From Clostridia bacterium (lineage in GTDB: Bacteria > Bacillota > Clostridia > JAAYHZ01): a DNA stretch of 64,000 nt. The first letter of the stretch is position 1, and each line of letters begins with the position of its first letter. The translations under genes were made by a program, and so were the position numbers. This document shows, piece by piece, positions 8,956-19,001 of this stretch. Below the pieces are notes generated by a model. The model saw nothing but the letters and a program-made list of their open reading frames with translations, had not been told where the DNA came from and did not search any database. Where the stretch lies: the NCBI GenBank assembly GCA_050950825.1, contig JBMNIH010000008.1, positions 32,001-96,000 of the forward strand, given 5' to 3'.

Positions 8956-10274
8956 TTCACATCCCTCTTGTATATCGGTAAGTATACCGCCGAATCCTTA
9001 ATAACGCATCCGGTCACCGAATCCGCTCTCATAAGCTCCGTACATTTGCTGCAGGTGATGCAGCATTTCTTTCGATCCATTTCGCCTTCGAACAATATAT
9101 CTTTTGCCATATCCGGGTAAGCAAAGGCTTGCCTTCCGAATCCGATAAAATCCGCAAGACCTTGTTCCAATACCCCGGCACCGACATACGGAGCCGCATG
9201 CCGCAGCCAAGTATATCCGGTGGACACGAACGCCATATTCCGGGTTTGGCTCTTTAAGTAGCCGATTCCTCGGATCAGACGCTCCACCCCTTTTACGGGA
9301 TGCTCGGGAGGCGTATAACCGCCGGAATCGTAAGGTCGATTCACATGGGGATTGTAGTAAGGGGTGCCCATGGTGATGTTAATGACGGGAACCTTCTTTT
9401 CTTCCAAAATTCCGATGAGCCTTGAAGGCTCCGTAAAATCCGGGATACGATAGTCTTCCTTCGAAACGCCGAAGCCGTAAGGCCAAGGTATTCCGTCGTA
9501 TGCGTTCAAACGGCAGGTAACGATAAAGTCCTTTGAGGTGGCAGCCTTTACTTTATCGATTACGTTCAGCAAGAATCGTGTTCTTCCTTCGAAATCCCCT
9601 CCGTATTTTCCCGGTCGGGTGTGAGCGGCCAAAAGGCCGGATATTAAGTACCGATGGCAAGACTTTATGTCCACGCCGTCGTAACCGGCTTTTTCCGCCA
9701 TAACAGCGGCCTTCACAAAGTCTTCCTCCAAACGCTCCAGCTCGTTATCGGTAATAATTTTTACGGAGTCGTCAAGCTTGTATTTTTCATCCAAAACCGG
9801 TACTCGGCAAGCCAACACCGGCTCCGGCTTGTTGTAGGGACGACAAAATCGTCCGGAATGGGTCAGCTGCATAATCACTAAAGGACTATGATGAAAAGCT
9901 TTCATCGCCCTTTCCCGTATGGTGCAAAGCAGCTTTTCGAAGGATTCCTTGTTGTTATCATGAATCCACAGCTGTCTCGGATTGGCCCTTCCTTCCGGAA
10001 CTGTCGCCACCGCTTCCATCCAAATCAATCCGGCGCCGCCTTCGGCAAACCGCTCGTACCTTCGCACCGTTAAATCCGACGGGGTTCCATCGGCGCTGCC
10101 GTCGCACCCCTCCATAGGCTGAAGGGCGATGGCATTAGGAGCCGTCTTGCTTCCTACCGGCACTTGTCTTTTAAATATGTCCAAATTGTCGGATACGGGA
10201 ATATCGACGTTGTATGCTTGAAAAGCGTTTTTGATATCGTCCGAATTTTTAAAACTGAAAAGGTCCTTTTCCAC
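8952..10274 (-). CDS. NADH:flavin oxidoreductase (Old Yellow Enzyme family) with C-terminal Cys cluster
   Basis: PNAIALQPM, GGAGLI, QLTHSGR, AGYDGVDIKSCHRYL, YGG.FEGRTRF, GFGR, C-terminal CITCSKC..GC. GTG start. Confidence 0.85.
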   Translation of the reverse strand: MEKDLFSFKNSDDIKNAFQAYNVDIPVSDNLDIFKRQVPVGSKTAPNAIALQPMEGCDGSADGTPSDLTVRRYERFAEGGAGLIWMEAVATVPEGRANPRQLWIHDNNKESFEKLLCTIRERAMKAFHHSPLVIMQLTHSGRFCRPYNKPEPVLACRVPVLDEKYKLDDSVKIITDNELERLEEDFVKAAVMAEKAGYDGVDIKSCHRYLISGLLAAHTRPGKYGGDFEGRTRFLLNVIDKVKAATSKDFIVTCRLNAYDGIPWPYGFGVSKEDYRIPDFTEPSRLIGILEEKKVPVINITMGTPYYNPHVNRPYDSGGYTPPEHPVKGVERLIRGIGYLKSQTRNMAFVSTGYTWLRHAAPYVGAGVLEQGLADFIGFGRQAFAYPDMAKDILFEGEMDRKKCCITCSKCTELMRADSVTGCVIKDSAVYLPIYKRDVK

Positions 10275-10316
10275 TTGTTCCTCCTTCGTCGTTTTCTCTC
10301 TTCCGTTACAGGTTTG

Positions 10317-11651
10317 TCATTTTTTCTTTATGTAGGATATGTCATGCAAATCCGCAAGCTTTGCAAATACGCTCAATTCCTTCGTAAAATCTCCGTACAC
10401 CAGGGTAAAGTGGCAGCCTAAGATTTCACTCATTCGGTCCTCCAAGCCTTCCACCTGAATCTGCAGACGGGTTCTGCAGGTACGAATATCCGGAATCTTT
10501 TCGGCGATACCGGTAAAGTATTGGATGCTTTCCATATGGTTTCCGATCCGCATCAGGGTAACGGTTTTTTGAAGAGGGAAGGATACTTCCGTGCTGACGC
10601 CTTTCCCGGATTCGTGATGAGAACGAAGAGTCAAAGGAAGAGGACCTTCCTCCGTTACCGGTGCCGAGCAGTGAGACAGTATCAGTTTGTCTTTTTCCAT
10701 AACGATGGGATTGGCCATCCACGGGTTCTTCCCGGTCAGCTTCCGCATGACCAGAAGAGAGACCGCCGAATCCAAATCCCCTTCGCAGGCGCCGCACCAT
10801 ACGGCGGAGCTGTTTAAAAAGGAAAGCGCCAAGCAAGCCGTGGTATTGATTCTTCCGATCAGCTCAAAGCATTTGGTACAGAAGCAATCCGCCTCGTACT
10901 GCTGCAAAAGCTCGATGAAAATGCTCTGCAGCTTCGCGGCGTTTCTCACGTCTTCTTCGTTAGGCTCGATCAAAGCGTTCGCTTTTTCCAGCCAAGCATC
11001 GGCATAAATTTTCGCTTTTACATCGTCTCCGCTTTTGTAAAGCTCTTCGATTTCATCCAAGGACAGAGTCTTTACCGTAATACCGAATTTATCTTCGATT
11101 CTTTTTCCGCTTCGCACGCTGCTTAGAACCCAAGGCTCCGGTTCTCCGGCGCTGAGGATGACGGATTTTCGTAATAAATTCAAAACTTCCTTCGTTTTTA
11201 AATAACGCATCGCTTCTTCTCTCGTGTTAACGAAATAGGTTTTGACTCCCATTCTTTTCAACACGGCATACGTGTCGGTCATCGCCGGAGAAGCGTTCTT
11301 TTCGATCACTTTGTACCGTATCTCGTCACTAAAGAAATTTTGGTAGCAGCCGTTTACCAGCACCACAAACCGCGCCAATCTTCCTATTCTCAGCATCCAA
11401 GGCTGAACTCCTCCGCTCATGGGAACCAAAACAACGCCCTTCCCCTTGTATTGGGCCATAAACCCTTCAAATCCGTTTTCATCCGTAATCAGGTGAAAAT
11501 CGATGCTGTCTACGGGATAGGAAGGATGAACAAAGGCTTGTTTGCTTTCCTCGAAGGCTTGTAAAATTTCTTCTTCCTCCCAATAGCGGGTGGAAAACAA
11601 AAAACATACGATGCCCGGTTCGATTCCTTTTTTCTTTTTGCTTTCAGTCAC
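10317..11651 (-). CDS. L-fucose isomerase-like family protein
   Basis: TTACLALS.LN, ACEGDLDS, LSHCSAP, LRSHHESGKGV, CRT and GCH motifs. Confidence 0.65.
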   Translation of the reverse strand: MTESKKKKGIEPGIVCFLFSTRYWEEEEILQAFEESKQAFVHPSYPVDSIDFHLITDENGFEGFMAQYKGKGVVLVPMSGGVQPWMLRIGRLARFVVLVNGCYQNFFSDEIRYKVIEKNASPAMTDTYAVLKRMGVKTYFVNTREEAMRYLKTKEVLNLLRKSVILSAGEPEPWVLSSVRSGKRIEDKFGITVKTLSLDEIEELYKSGDDVKAKIYADAWLEKANALIEPNEEDVRNAAKLQSIFIELLQQYEADCFCTKCFELIGRINTTACLALSFLNSSAVWCGACEGDLDSAVSLLVMRKLTGKNPWMANPIVMEKDKLILSHCSAPVTEEGPLPLTLRSHHESGKGVSTEVSFPLQKTVTLMRIGNHMESIQYFTGIAEKIPDIRTCRTRLQIQVEGLEDRMSEILGCHFTLVYGDFTKELSVFAKLADLHDISYIKKK

Positions 11652-13236
11652 GTTCGATCCTCTCCAATAATTTTTTCATATTACCCCCCAAAATCTTTCT
11701 CTTATCCTCAATGGATATACGGGAATAGGCGACCCATGCCAGTTGAGGGGCGGGGTCTCTCATGGGCGTGTCGGTACCGAACAGGACTTTATCCGCACCG
11801 ACCTTTTCAACCATATATTCAATAATACCTCGAGTTAAGGAGGTATAGGTTATTTCCAAGTAAGCGTTTTTGTATCTTTTTGCAACGTCAATCATAAAAT
11901 CCGCATTCGGATAGCTGCTTCCGCTGTGGGCCAATAATATAGCGATGTCGGGATAGGTTTCGCACAGCTTCGGAATCTTCGGATAGATGCTTGAGGATCC
12001 GGTATGAAGCAGCATCAAAAGCTTTCTTTTGTTGGCATACTCGTACCACTCTTTGTACTTCTCATCCAATATGTCCAGCCCGTGCTTCGGGTAATAGGGT
12101 TTGATTCCCACAAAGCCTTTGTCTTTTTCGTGAAATTCCGGAATCACCGTTTCCAATTCCTCTCGGTAATTGGGGTTTAACGAGGCGTAGCTTAAAAAAC
12201 GTCCCGGGAAATCCGACATGGCTTTTTGGCATGTTTTGTTGGCATTGGTTCCGTTTACGGAGATTCCTTCCCAAGGCACGGTTATCGTACAGTCGATACC
12301 CAATTCGTCCATGGTCCTCACCATGGACTTGGCATCGCCGTTCTTCATGACCAAATCGCTGAGGGTATAAATGCCGTCGCCGGACATATGGGCATGAGCG
12401 TCGATGATGTAATAGGATGTCAAGGGTTTTCCTTGGTCGACCAAGGAAGCCGCTTCGTCAAAATCCGGCTCTCCCCTGTAGAGCTCCAAATCCTTTTCGT
12501 CGATATGAAGCAGGCGACAAGCGTTGCCGCAGGCTACCGCATCCTTTTCTTCCTCCGACAGACGGGCGTATTCCACCAGCGCCTTTAATCCCCCCATGAC
12601 CTTGAAGGGATAATCGCTTCCGAATAAGGCTCGCTCAATGCCGAAATACTGCTTTGTGACCTCCAAAATGTCGTTGGATTGGTTGGAAGATATGTCAAAA
12701 TGGAGATTTTTATATCTTCCCAAAAGAGAAAACAAATAACGGTTGTGAGACCATGCCGTATCGGTGAGTATGACGTTGACAGAAGGATAGGCATCCAAGA
12801 ATCGTTCCAACTCGCTCCAATCCGTTTGGGTAATGGAAAGAATAAGGGGTAAATCTTTTGACTGCATCGTAAGGCAAAGCTTTTCCATGGCTTTCGGCGT
12901 GAAAAGGTGTCTTACGGATTTCGGTGCGATATGTACGGCTTTGACCTTTTCTTGATTCAGGATGTCGTACTCAAAGGGTTCGTCCCATTCGTACTTCATC
13001 GCAGGAATCATGGTGGCCGCCAAATACAGGCCTTTGTATTTTTCCGCCGTTTCGATTCCCTTTCGGTTTCCCTGTATCAGACTGTATTCCATACCTTCGT
13101 TTTGAATAAAGAGGCTGCCGTGAATACGGTAGTAAGCCATATCCTTTATCAAGGTTTCGGGATCCCTCGGAAATCTTTCGTCCCAAACGGATTTTCTTCC
13201 TAACGAGGTGTGTATGTCAAAGTATTTTCTCTGCAT
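11644..13236 (-). CDS. Tandem amidohydrolase_2-domain metallohydrolase
   Basis: Two TIM-barrel repeats (FDIHT...FGSDYP; IIDAHAH...LHTG...LAHSG...FGTDTP). ATG at 13236 has a GGGAGG RBS. Confidence 0.8.
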   Translation of the reverse strand: MQRKYFDIHTSLGRKSVWDERFPRDPETLIKDMAYYRIHGSLFIQNEGMEYSLIQGNRKGIETAEKYKGLYLAATMIPAMKYEWDEPFEYDILNQEKVKAVHIAPKSVRHLFTPKAMEKLCLTMQSKDLPLILSITQTDWSELERFLDAYPSVNVILTDTAWSHNRYLFSLLGRYKNLHFDISSNQSNDILEVTKQYFGIERALFGSDYPFKVMGGLKALVEYARLSEEEKDAVACGNACRLLHIDEKDLELYRGEPDFDEAASLVDQGKPLTSYYIIDAHAHMSGDGIYTLSDLVMKNGDAKSMVRTMDELGIDCTITVPWEGISVNGTNANKTCQKAMSDFPGRFLSYASLNPNYREELETVIPEFHEKDKGFVGIKPYYPKHGLDILDEKYKEWYEYANKRKLLMLLHTGSSSIYPKIPKLCETYPDIAILLAHSGSSYPNADFMIDVAKRYKNAYLEITYTSLTRGIIEYMVEKVGADKVLFGTDTPMRDPAPQLAWVAYSRISIEDKRKILGGNMKKLLERIERD

Positions 13237-13302
13237 GGCCTTCCCTCCCAAAACAAACGGAAGATAAGATAGCAAAGAAACCCTCCTTGCGAGGGCTCCC
13301 TC

Positions 13303-14061
13303 TTAACTTCCGAATATTTTCTTCAATGCTTTCGCGTCTTCGTAAAACTGTTCTTCCGTGTCGTTGCGGACAAACTCAATCATGGCGTAACGACCCTTGG
13401 GCAGGGAAGCAATTTTTTGAGCTAAAGGAATCCAGTTTTTAATACCGGCTTCCAAAGCCATCCGTTCTCTGCCTTCCCAGTAGTATACGTGGATGTTGGA
13501 TAGATAGGGTGCGATTCGATCCAGCATATCCAATTGTTCTTCTTGGGTGGAGCCGATGGGAGGCTGCCAATAGGATAGAATATTTTTCTCCAAACGCCGA
13601 TCCAAAAGGTCCATGGCGGAGTCTATCGTATCGGTTAAGGTATTGGCATGATATTCGTAAGCGATATCGATGCCGTATTCGGCGGCGGCTTTTGCAATAC
13701 GGCCGGTTTCGGAAATCATGTTTTCACGAACCGCTTCTTCCGTTTTGTCGCTGGCCGTATCTCCCGCCCACACGCGGATAACCGGCGCTTCCAAAGCGAC
13801 GGCGCTTTGCAGCACCTTGTCAAAGGTCAGATTGTATTTTTCTTCACATCCTACTCGGTAATAGGATCCGTAGGAGGCGACCTCCAATCCTGCCTCTTTG
13901 GTCATTTCTTTCACCTTTCGAGCAAGTTCCACGTCGCCGTGAGGAACGTGGACGTCTCCTCCCCATTCAATGGCACAAAGTCCCGCATTTTTTACCATTT
14001 CGATAATCTTTTCAGGGGAGAATTTACGAAAACTTACCGATACCAATCCCGTTTTGATCAT
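13303..14061 (-). CDS. Sugar phosphate isomerase/epimerase (xylose isomerase-like TIM barrel)
   Basis: IEWGGDVHVP, SYGSYY, IRVWAG, YEYH, YWQP, IEFV. Confidence 0.8.
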   Translation of the reverse strand: MIKTGLVSVSFRKFSPEKIIEMVKNAGLCAIEWGGDVHVPHGDVELARKVKEMTKEAGLEVASYGSYYRVGCEEKYNLTFDKVLQSAVALEAPVIRVWAGDTASDKTEEAVRENMISETGRIAKAAAEYGIDIAYEYHANTLTDTIDSAMDLLDRRLEKNILSYWQPPIGSTQEEQLDMLDRIAPYLSNIHVYYWEGRERMALEAGIKNWIPLAQKIASLPKGRYAMIEFVRNDTEEQFYEDAKALKKIFGS

Positions 14062-14085
14062 AACAACCTCCGAATTCCCGTGACA

Positions 14086-14814
14086 TTAATCCTGGTCCCA
14101 ATTATGATATACCGTTTGAACGTCATCCAGCTCTTCCAACGCATCGATCAATTTTTCCATGTTGGAAATATGCTTTTCGTTGTCCAATGCGGTGTAGTTT
14201 TGGGGAACCATGGCGATTTCGGCGGACATAAACTCGTACCCCGCCTTTTCCAAGCTTTCTCGAACGGAAGAAAAATCCCCGGGTGCCGTGGTGATTTCGT
14301 AATATTCCTCTTCCACGTTAAAATCCTCGGCTCCCGCTTCGATGCTGTGCATCATCAATTCTTCTTCGTCGATCTCGTCTTTCTTTTCAATAACGATAAC
14401 ACCTTTTTTATCGAACATAAAAGAAACGCATCCGGTTGTTCCCAAATTCCCGTTGTATTTATCAAACAGATGACGAACATCCCCTGCCGTTCGGTTGCGA
14501 TTGTCCGTCATGGCATTGACGATAACGGCAACGCCTCCGGGACCGTAGCCTTCATAGGTTACTTCTTCATAGCTTGCGGAATCCGATTCCCCTGCGGCTT
14601 TTTTTATGCTTCTCATAATGGTATCGTTCGGCATATTCGCCGCTTTAGCCTTGGCAATAACGTCTTTTAGACGGGAATTGTTTTCGGGATCGGGACCGCC
14701 GGATCTTACCGCCACTAAAATTTCTCTTCCCAATTTGGTAAATATTTTGCCCTTTTGAGCATCGGTTTTTTCTTTTTTACGCTTTATATTCGCCCATTTC
14801 GAGTGTCCGGACAT
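14086..14814 (-). CDS. yebC: YebC/PmpR family protein
   Basis: [40 protein letters not shown]. Confidence 0.96.
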   Translation of the reverse strand: MSGHSKWANIKRKKEKTDAQKGKIFTKLGREILVAVRSGGPDPENNSRLKDVIAKAKAANMPNDTIMRSIKKAAGESDSASYEEVTYEGYGPGGVAVIVNAMTDNRNRTAGDVRHLFDKYNGNLGTTGCVSFMFDKKGVIVIEKKDEIDEEELMMHSIEAGAEDFNVEEEYYEITTAPGDFSSVRESLEKAGYEFMSAEIAMVPQNYTALDNEKHISNMEKLIDALEELDDVQTVYHNWDQD

Positions 14815-14844
14815 ATAGATATACCACCTTTAAAATTAGATTCT

Positions 14845-15480
14845 TCATCGAATAGCCATAGCCCTGTATTCGGCGGAGCCTTTTTTCACCGCAGCATTTC
14901 CACCCGTCAAATCCATAATTTGAGCAATGACGAAATCCCCTTGGTCTTCCGGCAATACCAAAACCATTTCCACACCGGCTCCGAAACGAACATCCTCTTT
15001 CGTTAAACCGGAGACGTTCACGTAATTGTCCACTTTTCCGTAATGGCTGTAATCCAAGGTAAAGGTGACAGGTATATGGGGGGCCATTTTGACAATGCCG
15101 GCCTTCTCCACTCCTTTGAATGCGCTTTTTCCGTATGCACGAACAAGTCCTTTGGCACCTAAGGGAATGCCGCCGTAATAGCGGGTAACCACGATACATA
15201 TATTATTCAACCGGTTCTTCTTGATGGCCTCCATGGTCGGTAAACCGGCGGTTCCGCTAGGCTCCCCGTCGTCGCTGTATTTTTGCAAAAAGGACGGTTC
15301 GTCGGTGCTGTATGCATAAACATGATGAGTGGCATCCGGATAACGGTTCTTGACCGAATCGATAAACTGCTGTACCTCATCGATGCTTCGGGTATGTGCT
15401 ACGGTTGCTATAAATTTGGATTTTTTCTCGATCATCTCGAAAGAATCCGTCTTTCCTACCGTCAAGTATTCTTTCAACAT
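14845..15480 (-). CDS. yigZ: YigZ/IMPACT family protein
   Basis: KKSKFI, ATHH, SDDGEPSGTAG, VTRYYGG..LG..GLVRAY. Confidence 0.93.
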   Translation of the reverse strand: MLKEYLTVGKTDSFEMIEKKSKFIATVAHTRSIDEVQQFIDSVKNRYPDATHHVYAYSTDEPSFLQKYSDDGEPSGTAGLPTMEAIKKNRLNNICIVVTRYYGGIPLGAKGLVRAYGKSAFKGVEKAGIVKMAPHIPVTFTLDYSHYGKVDNYVNVSGLTKEDVRFGAGVEMVLVLPEDQGDFVIAQIMDLTGGNAAVKKGSAEYRAMAIR

Positions 15481-15534
15481 GGCTATACCTCTTAAAATAT
15501 TATATCATACAGACCCTCCGTTGCAAGTCATTTT

Positions 15535-16038
15535 TTATACCCCGGATGAGCCAAACCCGCCTCCTCTGTCCGTTCCGAACCTTTTCACGTCGTCTACCTG
15601 CTCCCAACGAATCCTCGGAACCTTCGAAAGTACCATTTGGGCAATACGATCCCCCTTCTTGATCAGGTAGCTTCCTTGGGGGTTTCCTTCGTCTTTCAAC
15701 GTATAAACTTTATCCGGGCTTCCGGTTGCCAAGTTGTGCATAATAACCATGACTTCTCCGCGATAGCCGGAATCGATGGTAGCCGGAGAATTGGGTATTC
15801 GTAGCAGCGTTTTTAAGGAAATACCGCTTCTTGGCCTTATTTGCACCTCGTACCCCGGAGGAATGGCAAGCTTGATTCCCGTAGGCACCGGTACGGTTTC
15901 ACCGGGCTTTATAAGGCAGTCTTCCGCCGCATAAATATCCATTCCCGCATCGTACGGATTGGCGTATCGAGGAAATACCGCTCCTTCCCTGCAAAGCTCG
16001 ATCTTGATATCTACGATTTCAATGTTTTGCTCGTTCAT
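15535..16038 (-). CDS. dut: Trimeric dUTP diphosphatase
   Basis: All five motifs present: AGMDI, RPRSG, TIDSGYRGE, GDRIAQ, RGGGFGSSG. Confidence 0.95.
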   Translation of the reverse strand: MNEQNIEIVDIKIELCREGAVFPRYANPYDAGMDIYAAEDCLIKPGETVPVPTGIKLAIPPGYEVQIRPRSGISLKTLLRIPNSPATIDSGYRGEVMVIMHNLATGSPDKVYTLKDEGNPQGSYLIKKGDRIAQMVLSKVPRIRWEQVDDVKRFGTDRGGGFGSSGV

Positions 16039-16057
16039 TTTCCAAAGTCTCCTCCCT

Positions 16058-18487
16058 TTACACTCCCTTGCCCCAATGACCGGTATCGGTTTTTACGGTT
16101 AAGCTCCATAAGGCCGGATCCTTCATCCCGGCTACGATCTTCCTAATTTGATCCCGGGTTTCCTTATGGAAAATCAAACGGTTCGACCCGACGGAAAGCT
16201 CGTGACGAATTCTCAGCGGATCGGCACTTAATATTTGAACGCCGCAGTCAAAGGCCGTGTAAAACATATCGTACCTTTTGTTCATTCGATCCGATAGGCT
16301 TATCTCCTCCCGATGAAAGGAACATTTTTTTCTGTCCTGAAGACCGCACAGCTTCATGCCTCCCGTAGGACAATAGGCTAACGTCATCAAAGGAATACGC
16401 CCGTATACCACAAGCTCTATCCTTTTAGGATCGACGGATACAAGCTCTTCGGTCTCGCTTTTGTTAAGCTCTACGGAAGGGGTGATTCGTATCAGTCCTT
16501 TTTCCTTTAAATATTCTGCGGTATATCGATTGAACACGTTCAAGCCGATATCGCCCATTATATTCACATATCCGTAACGCTTTAAAAGCTCAACGGATCC
16601 CATATTCCCGCAATAGATGCCGTCCAAATTTCTTCCGAGTCCTTTTACCAGAAGGCTTTCAAGATAGCAAGAGGCGTTTTCTCCCGTAATCGCCGGAATA
16701 AAGGCGTTGAATTTCATACCGGCGTTTTTCAACTTTTCACCTAAAGATTCGATAATCTCCTCGTCAAGCTCCAAAAGGGGCAGCGTGACTTCGTCCAGCC
16801 CGAAACCGGTATAGTCCGTATCCTTATTGAAGGTATAAAACATTCCGTTCCATGCAGGCTCCGCTTTTTCATAGGATGTATTACAAGCCTTGGTTTGGTC
16901 CTCAAAACCCAAACGAAATTCCCGTCGGGTCTTGTTTCGTAAAAAATCCATCTTCTCTAAAGCCTCTCTTCTTAATCGGTTGAGGGCGGTTAAGGAGATG
17001 TAGATATTCTCGTCCATATCCGTACGTAACGTCTCGAATACAAAGGGCGTATCCCCCGTTCTTTTTAATCGATCCTCCGCATCCTTTTGTAAAACCGGTG
17101 CCTTGTCCGCTTTTTCCACTCTTTCGTCCCCTTCCGTGCGGACGATATTTCCTTCGCTGTCCTGTACGATTAAAACCGGTTTTTCATTAAGCTTTGCGAT
17201 AAAGGTTCCGAACAAAGGAATTTTCACGGTACGGTAGGGCTTTCCCGTTATGATTTTTTTCATCCGTTGGTGTAAATTCCGGTCATAGGTTTTGTATACG
17301 TCATAAACAAGGTCTTTGGCGTTTTTCACGTTACCGATAAGCACCTTTTGCCCGGGTGCGGCCCTTTCAAGCCGTTTTCCCGAAAGGTCCTGAATGGAGG
17401 ATACGTAAAACCCGATGCGGTCTTCCGACGGACGTTGAAGAAACAGGCCGTCTCCGCTTTCGATATCGGTAATCGGGGCAATCTCCAATAGCCCGTCCCT
17501 TTTCTTCGGGCTTTTTACGGCTTTTCCAACGTATACGCCTTCTTTTCCTTCTTGGGAGTATGCCGATATTTGCGGAAAATCCTTTTTAAAAGCGTAGCCC
17601 GGCCACATCTTTCCCCGGTTGAAAATCAAGAGCAAGTCGTTGTAGTCTTTTTCATCCGTCCGGTAGTTTTCAGGGTCCTGTAAAGCCCGATCCAAATACT
17701 TTCGGTATACGGATACGGTGCAGGCTACGTATTCGGGGCTACGCATTCTGCCTTCGATCTTTAAGCTTTTTACGCCGGAAGAAACCACCCGGGGAAGATA
17801 CTCGATCATGCTTAAGTCCTTTATGGACAAAAGAGGCCCTTTTTTTATCTCCTTATAGCCTGCTCCTTTATTAATACAAAGGGAATAATCCAATCGGCAG
17901 GGTTGGGCACAGCAGCCCCGGTTTCCGCTTCTTCCTCCGATAAAGCTGCTCATAAGGCATTGGCCGGAGTAGCTTACGCACATGGCGCCGTGGACAAAGA
18001 TTTCAATTTCCGCAGGGCTTTTTTGAGCGATATTTTTGATTTGCTCCATGGAGCATTCCCGTGCCAAGATTACGCGGGACGCACCGGCTTCATGAAGGGC
18101 GTAAACTCCGTTCAAGTCGTATACCGTCGTTTGGGTACTGGCGTGAATTTCCAAGTCCGAAAAGTGTGATTTAATAAGCCGCATCAATCCGATATCCTGC
18201 ACGATAACGGCATCGATACCGGCTCGGTATGCGGATTCTAAGGTCTTCAGCGCATCTTTTATTTCACGGTCGTGGATTAACGTATTCAGTACTAAAAAAA
18301 ATTTAACACCTCCGGAGCGGCAATACCCGATTGCTTCCGAAAGTGCTTTTTCATCGAAATTATCCGCACCTGCTCTTGCATTGAAATTCTTTGCTCCTGC
18401 GTAAACCGCATCGGCTCCGGCGTTCACCGCCGCCTTCAAGGAATCAAAATTGCCTGCAGGTGCCAAAAGCTCAACCTTTTGATTCAT
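16058..18487 (-). CDS. Long-form U32 family protein (RlhA/TrhP-like RNA hydroxylation) with DUF3656-type region
   Basis: ELLAPAG, HASTQ, ILARE, HGAMCVSYSGQC, RSGNRG.CAQPCR, LKIEGRM. Confidence 0.88.
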   Translation of the reverse strand: MNQKVELLAPAGNFDSLKAAVNAGADAVYAGAKNFNARAGADNFDEKALSEAIGYCRSGGVKFFLVLNTLIHDREIKDALKTLESAYRAGIDAVIVQDIGLMRLIKSHFSDLEIHASTQTTVYDLNGVYALHEAGASRVILARECSMEQIKNIAQKSPAEIEIFVHGAMCVSYSGQCLMSSFIGGRSGNRGCCAQPCRLDYSLCINKGAGYKEIKKGPLLSIKDLSMIEYLPRVVSSGVKSLKIEGRMRSPEYVACTVSVYRKYLDRALQDPENYRTDEKDYNDLLLIFNRGKMWPGYAFKKDFPQISAYSQEGKEGVYVGKAVKSPKKRDGLLEIAPITDIESGDGLFLQRPSEDRIGFYVSSIQDLSGKRLERAAPGQKVLIGNVKNAKDLVYDVYKTYDRNLHQRMKKIITGKPYRTVKIPLFGTFIAKLNEKPVLIVQDSEGNIVRTEGDERVEKADKAPVLQKDAEDRLKRTGDTPFVFETLRTDMDENIYISLTALNRLRREALEKMDFLRNKTRREFRLGFEDQTKACNTSYEKAEPAWNGMFYTFNKDTDYTGFGLDEVTLPLLELDEEIIESLGEKLKNAGMKFNAFIPAITGENASCYLESLLVKGLGRNLDGIYCGNMGSVELLKRYGYVNIMGDIGLNVFNRYTAEYLKEKGLIRITPSVELNKSETEELVSVDPKRIELVVYGRIPLMTLAYCPTGGMKLCGLQDRKKCSFHREEISLSDRMNKRYDMFYTAFDCGVQILSADPLRIRHELSVGSNRLIFHKETRDQIRKIVAGMKDPALWSLTVKTDTGHWGKGV

Positions 18488-18508
18488 CCTACCTCCAAGG
18501 CACATCCG

Positions 18509-18907
18509 TTATTTTTTATAGTTTTTCCGGTTCCGAAGCTCCTTGAGCTCCGTTTCGCATTTGACCAGTTCCAGCCTTAACCGGTTGACTTCCTCCTCCA
18601 ACCGGTCCTTTTCGCTTTGGAGTCTGTTTTTTTCATTCTCCAAGGAAACGGTCTTTTCTTTTCTCACCTTCAAGTCTTCTTCCAAAGCCACGGCTTCTTC
18701 TTTTAGCTTGAATAAATCGCTAGTAATGTGCAACGCAGCTAAAACCGCAGCCATTGAGGTACTCAGCTTACTGCTTCCCTCCATTATTTTGCTCATTTTT
18801 TTGTCGAGATATAAGGCGAGTTTTTGAACGTATTCTTCACTTTCACTGCTTTTTATGCCATATTCTTTTCCCGCAATTCGGACTACGGTTCTGTTTTTGG
18901 CTTCCAC
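18509..18907 (-). CDS. zapA: Cell division protein ZapA
   Basis: V.I.GKEY, YVQKLA..LD.KM, AVLAAL, followed by a long coiled coil. Confidence 0.85.
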   Translation of the reverse strand: MEAKNRTVVRIAGKEYGIKSSESEEYVQKLALYLDKKMSKIMEGSSKLSTSMAAVLAALHITSDLFKLKEEAVALEEDLKVRKEKTVSLENEKNRLQSEKDRLEEEVNRLRLELVKCETELKELRNRKNYKK

Positions 18908-19001
18908 TTCGATTTGCTCCCCACATCTTATGATAATTCTATTATAGCATACGGTCCAAATACTGCAAATAATATTTCATTTTGGAGGAAGCATAGGTCC
19001 T

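Noticed and set aside
13648-14670. 340-aa plus-strand ORF
   Set aside because: Antisense to yebC and the epimerase gene, with no recognisable motifs.
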